A stretch of 34,399 nt of DNA from IMG/VR virus record IMGVR_UViG_3300032323_001173; one strand, given 5' to 3'. The notes below the pieces were generated by a model. That model was not told the DNA's origin. It searched no databases and saw nothing but the letters and a program-made list of their open reading frames with translations. The DNA is from an uncultured virus (IMG/VR IMGVR_UViG_3300032323_001173). Taxonomy: Duplodnaviria > Heunggongvirae > Uroviricota > Caudoviricetes. The translations under genes were made by a program, and so were the position numbers. Below, in pieces: positions 26,809 through 34,399 of this stretch; position 1 is the stretch's first letter; each line of letters starts with the position of its first letter.

Positions 26809-27542
26809 TAGCAACACACTTAGGAAACGCAATTGTCAAATATGACAATGCCATTTCAATTGACCCGCAGTTCATGTCAGGTTTTTATGACCGCCTTCAA
26901 CAAACAGGTGTAACCCATGGGGAAACTATTGACGAAGAGCATGTGCGTACGGAGGGTAAGTATATTTTTGATAAAACAAAGATAGTGGAATCACCACAAC
27001 GGTTTACTGACCTTTCTAAATTAACTTCTGAAGAAGATCAACTCTTTGTTAAGAACATGAGAAGTATTATCCATCGTTGTGTGCGTGAATATGTGCACAC
27101 TTTTCCTGTAGTTGCGGAATGTATTAGATGGTCAACTGATGGATACGTAATTAAATACGAAAATGGTCAATCCATTGGACCACACTCAGACTGTAGTATT
27201 GCTTACGCAGATGATGGGGTTACTCCAATAAATACGTTCCCAATGCAAAACATTATTACATGTGGACTAATGCTTAATGACGACTATGAAGGCGGTGCAA
27301 TCTCGTATAGACCTTGGGGCATTACCACCAGACCAGATGCTGGATCAGTTTTAATATACCCATCATCATACGTAGGGTGTCATGAAGTTGCCCCTATTAC
27401 CTCTGGTGTCCGCTATGCATACTTGATGTGGTATGGGCATGGTCCTATTGGTGGTTTTAATCACCGCACAGTAGATGATGTGCGTGGTTCAAACTCTAGT
27501 CAAGATATAGTTCTTGTTGGACAACTTCCGTTGTATGAGTAA
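26805..27542 (+). CDS. 2OG-Fe(II) oxygenase, prolyl 4-hydroxylase-like
   Basis: HSD...LNDDYEGG...HEV...GVRY. Confidence 0.9.
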   Translation: MIATHLGNAIVKYDNAISIDPQFMSGFYDRLQQTGVTHGETIDEEHVRTEGKYIFDKTKIVESPQRFTDLSKLTSEEDQLFVKNMRSIIHRCVREYVHTFPVVAECIRWSTDGYVIKYENGQSIGPHSDCSIAYADDGVTPINTFPMQNIITCGLMLNDDYEGGAISYRPWGITTRPDAGSVLIYPSSYVGCHEVAPITSGVRYAYLMWYGHGPIGGFNHRTVDDVRGSNSSQDIVLVGQLPLYE

Positions 27543-28574
27543 CTATAAGGTTCTTATTTTTCCACGATTTTGATTATCTTCAAAAACCTTATCGTGTTTG
27601 TATAACTGTCGGTGTCCTTCTTCCCCTTCTAGACTCCTGTTTTGAAATATAGGATTAGGTTTAAGTTGAAGATTTGTCTCACCGTATTCTGTTAATAGGC
27701 AATACTTTTGATAATCATCAAATAAGTTGTCTATCCAATGTGCCCTGCACCATGTATCACATTCGTCAGGTTCTACTACGCTAACCATCACTTCTTCGTG
27801 ACTAATACCTTGGGAAAAGAACTCCAAATAACAGTATCTATTACCTTTGAGTACTGTATTAACTCCATGTGTGGCAATGTAATTAGTAGGGAATATATAT
27901 ACATCGCCTTGTTTTGGTTTAGTAGTAATACCTAAATAAGGAAAAAACAGTTCTCCACCAACATAATTAGTACCGTCATACTCGTCTGTATCTACACAGT
28001 CATTGATGTAAATTAGTACCGCAACGACTTGACGCATTTGTAGTTGACCCTTGGGTATGTATCGTTTACCATTAGTTGAACGGTAGTTAGAGTCATTGTC
28101 ATTATGTATACCTAAGTAGTCACCAACGTCATACCTAATTACATGCCCACGGTTTCTCCACCAGATGGTCCCTAAAACCATGGGAAACATATCTATGTAT
28201 TTGATAAGGCATTTATAAATGGAGTCTTCCCAATATTTAAAAATGTCAACCATATGCGGTTCGGTGTCTGGTTTAACAGGTTCCAATACACGTACAGGAA
28301 CTTCTTCAATCTGTTCTATAGAAAACTTGTTACCATCTTCGTTTAGAGCGTATCTATTTCCATAGTCATCTACTTTGTAAGTCCAGCGTTGCTCATGAGC
28401 CTTTTGAGAGTTCCTATCAATCCATTCTGTTACTAATGGTCTATCTATAGAAACCGCTGATGGAAAACGGACAACACCGCCACCTAGGTCTTCTACTGCC
28501 ATTTTTTTAATGTCAAGAATGACATTCTCATCAATTAATGGGGTATCACCACTGAAATAATTACTTGTGCTCAT
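27543..28574 (-). CDS. 2OG-Fe(II) oxygenase, prolyl 4-hydroxylase-like
   Basis: HND...YIND...GGEL...FPTNYIATHGV...GNRY; start could instead be 28592. Confidence 0.9.
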   Translation of the reverse strand: MSTSNYFSGDTPLIDENVILDIKKMAVEDLGGGVVRFPSAVSIDRPLVTEWIDRNSQKAHEQRWTYKVDDYGNRYALNEDGNKFSIEQIEEVPVRVLEPVKPDTEPHMVDIFKYWEDSIYKCLIKYIDMFPMVLGTIWWRNRGHVIRYDVGDYLGIHNDNDSNYRSTNGKRYIPKGQLQMRQVVAVLIYINDCVDTDEYDGTNYVGGELFFPYLGITTKPKQGDVYIFPTNYIATHGVNTVLKGNRYCYLEFFSQGISHEEVMVSVVEPDECDTWCRAHWIDNLFDDYQKYCLLTEYGETNLQLKPNPIFQNRSLEGEEGHRQLYKHDKVFEDNQNRGKIRTL

Positions 28575-29241
28575 GTGCCAAGTTGTATGCATGCATATGC
28601 AACAACAACCTCTGTGGACTAGTTAAAGGGCTAAACAACACCGTACGTTCACCTTTAGTGATCATATTTACACCATGGGTGTACTCATGACCCCCAGGAA
28701 ACAGTACTAATTGTCCTTTTTTAGGTTTAATAGTTAAACCACGGGTAACAAACGTTAATTCTCCACCTTCAAAATCATCTGTTAAATATAAGTTTGCGGC
28801 TACTTCAATAAGAATAGGAGTATTAAATTCTGATGGTGAGTAACGTGGCATAAACTCAACCACCCCCGCATCCATAGCCTCAGAATCAGCATGGGGTTCG
28901 TGATCCATTCCTGGTTTAAAGCATTTTAAATATGGTTCTAATCTATGAACCAGCGTGCGTCCGTAAATGTCAGACGCCAATTCCACTATCTTTTTACCGT
29001 ACTTTTCCATTAATGGATGTGTTGACTTCTCAGGCCACACAGCCTTTCTCTTTCTTATCTCTTCTGCGTAAGCACCTACAAGGCGTACTTCACCTTTATT
29101 AAATTGGTACTCGGGAGCCACCCATGAACAATAAGATTCCCATTGGTACTCAGTATCATGAAACCTAAGTAACTCTAACCTGTCCTCTTCTGTTATGAAA
29201 TTCTCAAAAGAATAGATATGCTCATGCCCTAGGTAAGCCAT
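28561..29241 (-). CDS. 2OG-Fe(II) oxygenase, prolyl 4-hydroxylase-like
   Basis: HAD...YLTDDFEGGEL...HGV...GER. Confidence 0.9.
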   Translation of the reverse strand: MAYLGHEHIYSFENFITEEDRLELLRFHDTEYQWESYCSWVAPEYQFNKGEVRLVGAYAEEIRKRKAVWPEKSTHPLMEKYGKKIVELASDIYGRTLVHRLEPYLKCFKPGMDHEPHADSEAMDAGVVEFMPRYSPSEFNTPILIEVAANLYLTDDFEGGELTFVTRGLTIKPKKGQLVLFPGGHEYTHGVNMITKGERTVLFSPLTSPQRLLLHMHAYNLAHEHK

Positions 29242-29271
29242 GTCCGTAGTATACCTGTGTAGAATGAACCC

Positions 29272-29421
29272 ATGGAGATAAAAAACCGAGAAGAGCGCCT
29301 TAAGATCTGTGAAGAATGCCCTAGACTGTTTAAACCCACATTTACCTGTAAGGAATGTGGTTGTTTTATGAAGGTAAAAACGTTAATTAAAGCGCAAACT
29401 TGCCCTTTAGGAAAGTGGTGA
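29272..29421 (+). CDS. small Cys-rich protein (DUF6171-like, 49 aa)
   Basis: Manually translated: RLKICEECP...CKECGCFM...CPLGKW. Confidence 0.8.
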   Translation: MEIKNREERLKICEECPRLFKPTFTCKECGCFMKVKTLIKAQTCPLGKW

Positions 29422-29424
29422 CAA

Positions 29425-29745
29425 ATGTCATACAAGATCATTAAGACCTCATTGGGTCCTGTTATCCAGTACAAAGATTCCTACGTAACCCTCCAAGATG
29501 CCCCTGCTCTTATAGACATCATGTCCGATGAGGACAACTCAGACTTTGCGGATGCCCTAAAAAAGCACATTATTGAATCTTTAACTGAGACCACCGATGA
29601 GATTATTGAAGCCTTCTCAGACAATATTCAGTATCCCCCTACCACCCTCTACGGGTACGTTAATGCCATGTCTGCATTTATGGTCTTTTTAAACCACCAC
29701 TGGGGTCCTTTCCAAGCCATTAAGGCTCAGGAGCACCAGTCGTAG
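29425..29745 (+). CDS. hypothetical protein
   Basis: Operon ORF. Confidence 0.7.
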   Translation: MSYKIIKTSLGPVIQYKDSYVTLQDAPALIDIMSDEDNSDFADALKKHIIESLTETTDEIIEAFSDNIQYPPTTLYGYVNAMSAFMVFLNHHWGPFQAIKAQEHQS

Positions 29746-29763
29746 ATAGGGTAAAATGGTGCC

Positions 29764-30339
29764 ATGACAAAGATGCCTTGGCCCGTAGTACCTATCAAAT
29801 TCTGTGAACACCTTGAAGGCAAGAAGCCTTCAGACATCAAGCCTGCAATGCTTCGCAAGTTGTCAGTGGGTGGTCAGATGCACCATTGCGCCGCTCGTGC
29901 TTTTGAAGCCATGAAAGCCGCCGCCGCAAAAGATGGAGTCAAGTTGGCTCCGACTTCCGCAGGGGACACATTCCGCAGTATTGAGACCCAGACCAAAGGA
30001 TTTTTGACCAGATACCAGAAGGAATTAATTCCAGGCGCCTCAACCCGCACTTGGAATGGTGTGAAGTGGTACCTGAAAAAGGGCAACGCTCCTCTAGCGG
30101 CTCCTAACGATGACGCTAAGACCTGCTCACGCCACATGCTCGGTATTGCCATTGACATTGCTAACACGGGCAATAAGAAGATCATGGACTGGCTCTTGGC
30201 TAACGAACAGAAGTTTGGTTTCAGCCACGAAGTAGTGGACATGCCAGGGGCTGAGAGTTGGCACATCCGTTTCACCGAAGGCAAGGCAATGCCACAGGCA
30301 GTCCTTGACTACGAGGCAACGCTTCCGCCACAAGCGTAA
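29764..30339 (+). CDS. M15 (VanY-like) zinc peptidase, putative endolysin
   Basis: AARAFEAMKAAA..DG, FRS...Q, SRH..GIAID and ESWH motifs. Confidence 0.85.
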   Translation: MTKMPWPVVPIKFCEHLEGKKPSDIKPAMLRKLSVGGQMHHCAARAFEAMKAAAAKDGVKLAPTSAGDTFRSIETQTKGFLTRYQKELIPGASTRTWNGVKWYLKKGNAPLAAPNDDAKTCSRHMLGIAIDIANTGNKKIMDWLLANEQKFGFSHEVVDMPGAESWHIRFTEGKAMPQAVLDYEATLPPQA

Positions 30340-30350
30340 TATAGAGCCGT

Positions 30351-30809
30351 ATGGCACCACGACCTAAATCAGGATTAAGCAAATCAGCAAGAGCACGTTT
30401 TGCTGAAGGTTTAAACTATTACACTGGTCAATACGCCATTGACGAAGAACGTTCACGTCAAAAAGCAAATGACGAGAGATTTAAGAGCACTGAACAAGAG
30501 TTCATTAAGTGGGACCCTAACACCACTTACTCACATGGTCCTAGTCAAAGTAGTCGTGTTAAGTCTTTTAGGTTTGTAGCCATGGATGGTATTCCTGGGG
30601 CTGTTGGATTTATAGGAACTTTGTTTGTAGAGTTCTGGCCTAAGAAAGAAGGAAGTGCAGGCGCTAGGTACAAATACATGAATGTCCCTGAAAACGTATT
30701 TCAAGCATTTGCAAATACTCAATCAAAAGGGCGTTATATTAATGCTGTACTAAACAACTTTAACTACAGCCCCGTCACAGGTGGTGAAGATATCTTCTTT
30801 AAAGGATAA
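30351..30809 (+). CDS. KTSC domain protein
   Basis: SSRV...LFVEF...YKYMNVP...F....SKGRYIN. Confidence 0.75.
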   Translation: MAPRPKSGLSKSARARFAEGLNYYTGQYAIDEERSRQKANDERFKSTEQEFIKWDPNTTYSHGPSQSSRVKSFRFVAMDGIPGAVGFIGTLFVEFWPKKEGSAGARYKYMNVPENVFQAFANTQSKGRYINAVLNNFNYSPVTGGEDIFFKG

Positions 30810-30818
30810 GAGCACAAA

Positions 30819-31085
30819 ATGAATACAGTCCATGGTATTGGACCTTTTTATTGGATTATTAGAGACTTTGCTAATCGCAATACACCTTTAGTGTGTATGG
30901 GGATTATGAAAGAAACAGGGATCCCATGGAGGCATGGCAAGGGTGTACAACTACGAACACGTACGCACACACTTCAATTTGGTTTATGTAAACGTGCCAA
31001 AATAACTAATGAAGTAGATGGTATTTTACAAGCAATAGGTGGTCGTGAGATGGACGTACCTGCACAAGAGATTGGATTATGGTGA
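30819..31085 (+). CDS. hypothetical protein
   Basis: Operon ORF. Confidence 0.7.
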   Translation: MNTVHGIGPFYWIIRDFANRNTPLVCMGIMKETGIPWRHGKGVQLRTRTHTLQFGLCKRAKITNEVDGILQAIGGREMDVPAQEIGLW

Positions 31086-31315
31086 TGGGCTTTTTTAAAA
31101 AGGAAGAACCTGCTAAGAGAGAAGTACCTAAGCGTTTACAGAACTTAGACCGAGCATCATTGTTGCAATGGTTTGACACCAGCGTCATGATGTTGGGTGC
31201 ATCTTTTGATCGTTGGCGTTACCACGATGGTCCTGCCTCTGAAGTCAGTGACGCTATTGAAGCCATTAATGATTTATGGCAAGAATTACAAAACAGGGTT
31301 GACGCTAAGAAATAA
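31085..31315 (+). CDS. hypothetical helical protein
   Basis: TGATG overlap start. Confidence 0.7.
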   Translation: MGFFKKEEPAKREVPKRLQNLDRASLLQWFDTSVMMLGASFDRWRYHDGPASEVSDAIEAINDLWQELQNRVDAKK

Positions 31316-31317
31316 CG

Positions 31318-31617
31318 ATGGTACTATCAAAACCTATGTCAAACACATCAACAAAACCTGTACTAACAAACATTGAAGCCAGCGACAAGCGTCGCCTTAT
31401 TAACGCCGTTCATGACCTTTTCTTGGTCACCGAGTCATATTCACCAAAAGTGTTTCAGCAGTCGGCTGAAGATCCTGAAGCAACTTTTATTGACATTAAA
31501 ACCCTCATCATGATTATTGAGGATTCAGCCGCTTTGATTTCAGAATTGCGTCCACGTCGCCCTATCTACAATGACGAATCGCAACTCCAGATGAAGTTTG
31601 ATAACAGCGACTACTAA
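31318..31617 (+). CDS. hypothetical protein upstream of terminase (start may be 31336)
   Basis: ORF; C-terminal QLQMKF. Confidence 0.65.
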   Translation: MVLSKPMSNTSTKPVLTNIEASDKRRLINAVHDLFLVTESYSPKVFQQSAEDPEATFIDIKTLIMIIEDSAALISELRPRRPIYNDESQLQMKFDNSDY

Positions 31618-31635
31618 TTCAACTACTATAGAACT

Positions 31636-33195
31636 GTGCTTACAGACGACGAATTAGACGAAAACCTCTTAGCGGAGGACGTAGCCGAAGAACTGGACGA
31701 AACCTCAGCCGAGTTTGTGGACGAATTGGTTAAACGCATAATTGTGTTTACCGAAGAGTTCTGTGACGTGGAGTTGTTTCCGTACCAGATCCCTATTGCC
31801 TATCGCTTAATTGAATCCGTCATTCTTGGTGACGGTGAAGAAATGACGGTGGTGGCTACACGCCAGTCAGGTAAATCTGAAGTGCTCTCTAACGTCATGG
31901 CGTCACTTATGGTGATCTTGCCTAAGTTGGCTAAGGTCTATCCGACATGGCTTGAGAAGTTTGAAAAGGGTTTTTGGTGTGGGGTATTTGCTCCTGTTGA
32001 AGACCAAGCAGACACAGTATTTAGCCGTATCGTTAGCAAACTAACTAGCGACCACGCTATGGAGTTCTTGTTGGATCCTGAGATTGGTGACAAAGCCACA
32101 TCAGGCGGTGCTCGTGGTAAGGGTCGCATCATTACCTTGAAGCACTCAGGATCACTTTGCCGTATGCAAACCTGTAACCCAAAGGCAAAGATTGAATCAA
32201 AAACCTACCACTTTGTTATGATTGACGAGGCTCAGGAAGCCGACGAGTACATGATTGCCAAATCAATCAAGCCTATGTTGGCGTTTAATAACGGAAGCAT
32301 TTGCCTGACAGGAACGGCTACCCGTAACAAGTCTTATTTCTACAAAATGATCCAGTACAACAAACGACGTATGGTCAACGGTAAGAGGACACGCCCATGC
32401 CACTTTGAGTATGACTGGAAGGTTGCTTCTAAGTACAACTCTAACTACGCAAAGTTTATTGCTAAAGAGAAGTTGCGCATCGGTGAAGACTCAGACGAAT
32501 TTCAAATGTCGTACTGCAACAAGTGGGTACTTGACCGAGGTATGTTTGTTACAGACGAACGCCTAGAGCGCCTCTACGATCCTTCTATGGCGCTGATCAA
32601 ACAGTGGTGGCGTACCCCTGTGGTGGTTGGTATTGACGTCGCCCGATCTAATGACTCCACGGTAGTGACCGTCTGCTGGGTGGACTGGGACCATCCAGAT
32701 CCGTTTGGGTTTCATGAGCACCGTGTCCTCAACTGGCTGGAGATTAACAACGAAGAATGGGAATCCCAGTACTTCCAGATCATTGACTTCCTACGCAACT
32801 ATGACCCCCTACGTATTGGGATTGACTCTCAGGGTGTTGGTGGTGCGGTAGCCGAGCGTATGCAGATCTTGCTTCCTGATATTGAAGTTGTGGCTATCTC
32901 TTCTGACTCCAAAGCCCAGCACGAACGTTGGGTACACCTAACAGAATTGATTCAGAGAGATCAATTAATAATTCCAGGGCATTCCAAGGCTCGCCGTAAC
33001 CGTGTATGGAAGCGTTTTAATCAGCAGATGAGTGACCTAGAGAAGACTTATCGTGGTCCATACATGCTGGCTGAAGCCCCTGATGAAAAGGGCGCTTTTG
33101 ACGACTACCCAGACTCTCTGGCTATTGCCTGCTTTATGTCTATGCACGACACCCTGCCTCAAATACAAGTAGCAGAAAACCCATTCTTTAATTGA
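31636..33195 (+). CDS. terL: terminase large subunit
   Basis: Walker A TRQSGKS, Walker B VMIDEAQ, GTA coupling motif, nuclease motifs GIDVA and DDYPDS. Confidence 0.92.
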   Translation: MLTDDELDENLLAEDVAEELDETSAEFVDELVKRIIVFTEEFCDVELFPYQIPIAYRLIESVILGDGEEMTVVATRQSGKSEVLSNVMASLMVILPKLAKVYPTWLEKFEKGFWCGVFAPVEDQADTVFSRIVSKLTSDHAMEFLLDPEIGDKATSGGARGKGRIITLKHSGSLCRMQTCNPKAKIESKTYHFVMIDEAQEADEYMIAKSIKPMLAFNNGSICLTGTATRNKSYFYKMIQYNKRRMVNGKRTRPCHFEYDWKVASKYNSNYAKFIAKEKLRIGEDSDEFQMSYCNKWVLDRGMFVTDERLERLYDPSMALIKQWWRTPVVVGIDVARSNDSTVVTVCWVDWDHPDPFGFHEHRVLNWLEINNEEWESQYFQIIDFLRNYDPLRIGIDSQGVGGAVAERMQILLPDIEVVAISSDSKAQHERWVHLTELIQRDQLIIPGHSKARRNRVWKRFNQQMSDLEKTYRGPYMLAEAPDEKGAFDDYPDSLAIACFMSMHDTLPQIQVAENPFFN

Positions 33196-33240
33196 TGGTA
33201 ATCTAGTTACAAGTTAAAAACCCCTATTACGGAGGCTTAC

Positions 33241-33642
33241 GTGAACGTAGCACCAGCACCACAATTTCCAGAGCGCTCACCGAACGTTTTTGAGCGTTCA
33301 ATGGCGCCAAGCATCCCAGGCAACCGAGGACCGTTGCGTTTTGAAGAAGGTGTCGCAACTGACACTGACGTTCCAAACGACTTCGCTAAGGGCGCATACA
33401 TGGACACAACTTCGGCTCCTGGTCGTCAGAACCACAACAACCCTGAAATGTTCTACAAGTATCCAGAAGAGACCATGAGTGAGCGTGCTCACGTAGGTTC
33501 GGCTTCATGGATTGAGGCACCACAGGTGCTCTCAGAGTTCGTTCAAGGTTCAATGGCAGGCGATGGCATGCCATCATTTGAGTACGAGTACAACAGCGGC
33601 GGTCGTATGAACCGCATGAACCCAACAGTCGTTAACGACTAG
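33241..33642 (+). CDS. hypothetical phage protein (RGPLRFEEG...)
   Basis: GGAGG SD before GTG. Confidence 0.8.
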   Translation: MNVAPAPQFPERSPNVFERSMAPSIPGNRGPLRFEEGVATDTDVPNDFAKGAYMDTTSAPGRQNHNNPEMFYKYPEETMSERAHVGSASWIEAPQVLSEFVQGSMAGDGMPSFEYEYNSGGRMNRMNPTVVND

Positions 33643-33644
33643 TT

Positions 33645-34103
33645 ATGGAAGGCGGCGCCGACGCAGGCGCCAGCACAACTGACAGCGCTGTTAATGGTGA
33701 GGGGAGTCCAACGACTCCCCTTACTAATACCCAGTCGGGGATAGCGATTGGTCAAGTTTACGCTGGGGCTGGATTCTTTACGGGAGCAATGAAGTCCCGT
33801 AGACAGCATTTCCACGAATCACACCAGCAGTACCGTCGTCCTGACTACGGTACAAACGACCGTAACCCTTACGTAGGCCCTACACCTGGTCCTAAAGGTG
33901 GCATTGACATGAAGCGCAACATGTCGGGACTTGGTGTTGGTTACCAAGATGCGTTGGATCTATTTAAACCTATGCGATCTAATTTAAATAGAATGTCCAC
34001 AGGTGTTCGTATGAATCACCGCCCACAAGATCCTATGCGCCGACGTCAGTCGGGTATTTCGGCGTATGTCAAGGCTAACCCTGAGAATGAGGACGGAATC
34101 TGA
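33645..34103 (+). CDS. hypothetical, probably disordered protein
   Basis: Operon ORF. Confidence 0.7.
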   Translation: MEGGADAGASTTDSAVNGEGSPTTPLTNTQSGIAIGQVYAGAGFFTGAMKSRRQHFHESHQQYRRPDYGTNDRNPYVGPTPGPKGGIDMKRNMSGLGVGYQDALDLFKPMRSNLNRMSTGVRMNHRPQDPMRRRQSGISAYVKANPENEDGI

Positions 34104-34399
34104 TGGCTAAAGATGGTGGAGACCTTTACGTACCAGAAAATGCTGGTGAGTTAACCCTTCCAACGGGTCGTGCTTTTGACCCTGTCTCCCATGGCTACAA
34201 ACGGGTGCTTCCAAAAGCAGGAAGTAAGAATGTTGGGGCTTGGGATCCAAATAATGACTTGGGTGCTCGTATGGATAAGTTACACCCAAATCAATTTAGT
34301 CGCATGGTCCACAACGTTACACACGCAGTAAAAACCGCTAGTCCAGAGGACGTTAGGTCTGGTATGGATTGGTACAAACGTGCTCATGACTTTGCAACT
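34103..34399 (+). CDS. hypothetical protein, truncated (…LHPNQF…GMDWYKRAH…)
   Basis: Manually translated; TGATG overlap; open to the window end. Confidence 0.7.
   Translation, partial: MAKDGGDLYVPENAGELTLPTGRAFDPVSHGYKRVLPKAGSKNVGAWDPNNDLGARMDKLHPNQFSRMVHNVTHAVKTASPEDVRSGMDWYKRAHDFAT

Noticed and set aside
33699..33722. GGGGAGTC-CAAC-GACTCCCC hairpin as a terminator
   Set aside because: Lies inside a CDS with only a weak U-tract
1..34399. Alternative genetic code
   Set aside because: TAA, TAG and TGA all end genes cleanly and coding density is high under the standard code

Overview
A gene-dense segment of a tailed dsDNA bacteriophage. A host in Actinomycetota is inferred from the leaderless TANNNT promoters, actinobacterial-type DnaA boxes and boxA, and a Thr-run surface protein. 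Layout: (1) 1-2015: GC-richer, leftward early-like genes with strong SD sites, a sigma70-type promoter, a boxA-like site and two copies of a 44-nt structured element with compensatory changes. (2) About 2020-2800: non-coding divergence region with a parS-like palindrome, phased DnaA boxes and a G-run. (3) 2811-8448: proteins sharing short N-terminal (L/D)GxQF and C-terminal QxxLPG(M/F) tags, including two HExxH zincin paralogues and ART-like and GNAT-like candidates. (4) 8458-12352: small zinc-ribbon, membrane and lipoprotein genes, a methyltransferase and a Thr-rich Fn3 surface protein. (5) 12362-19580: tail fibre/adaptor genes ending in an Fn3 protein with ten PP(Y/F/A)F repeats. (6) 19595-29421: an AT-richer island of nine 2OG-Fe(II) oxygenases plus DUF6065-like, methyltransferase-like and atypical glutathione peroxidase genes. 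(7) 29764-end: M15 peptidase endolysin, KTSC protein, terminase large subunit and hypothetical genes. All family calls come from motif recognition by eye; no database searches were run.
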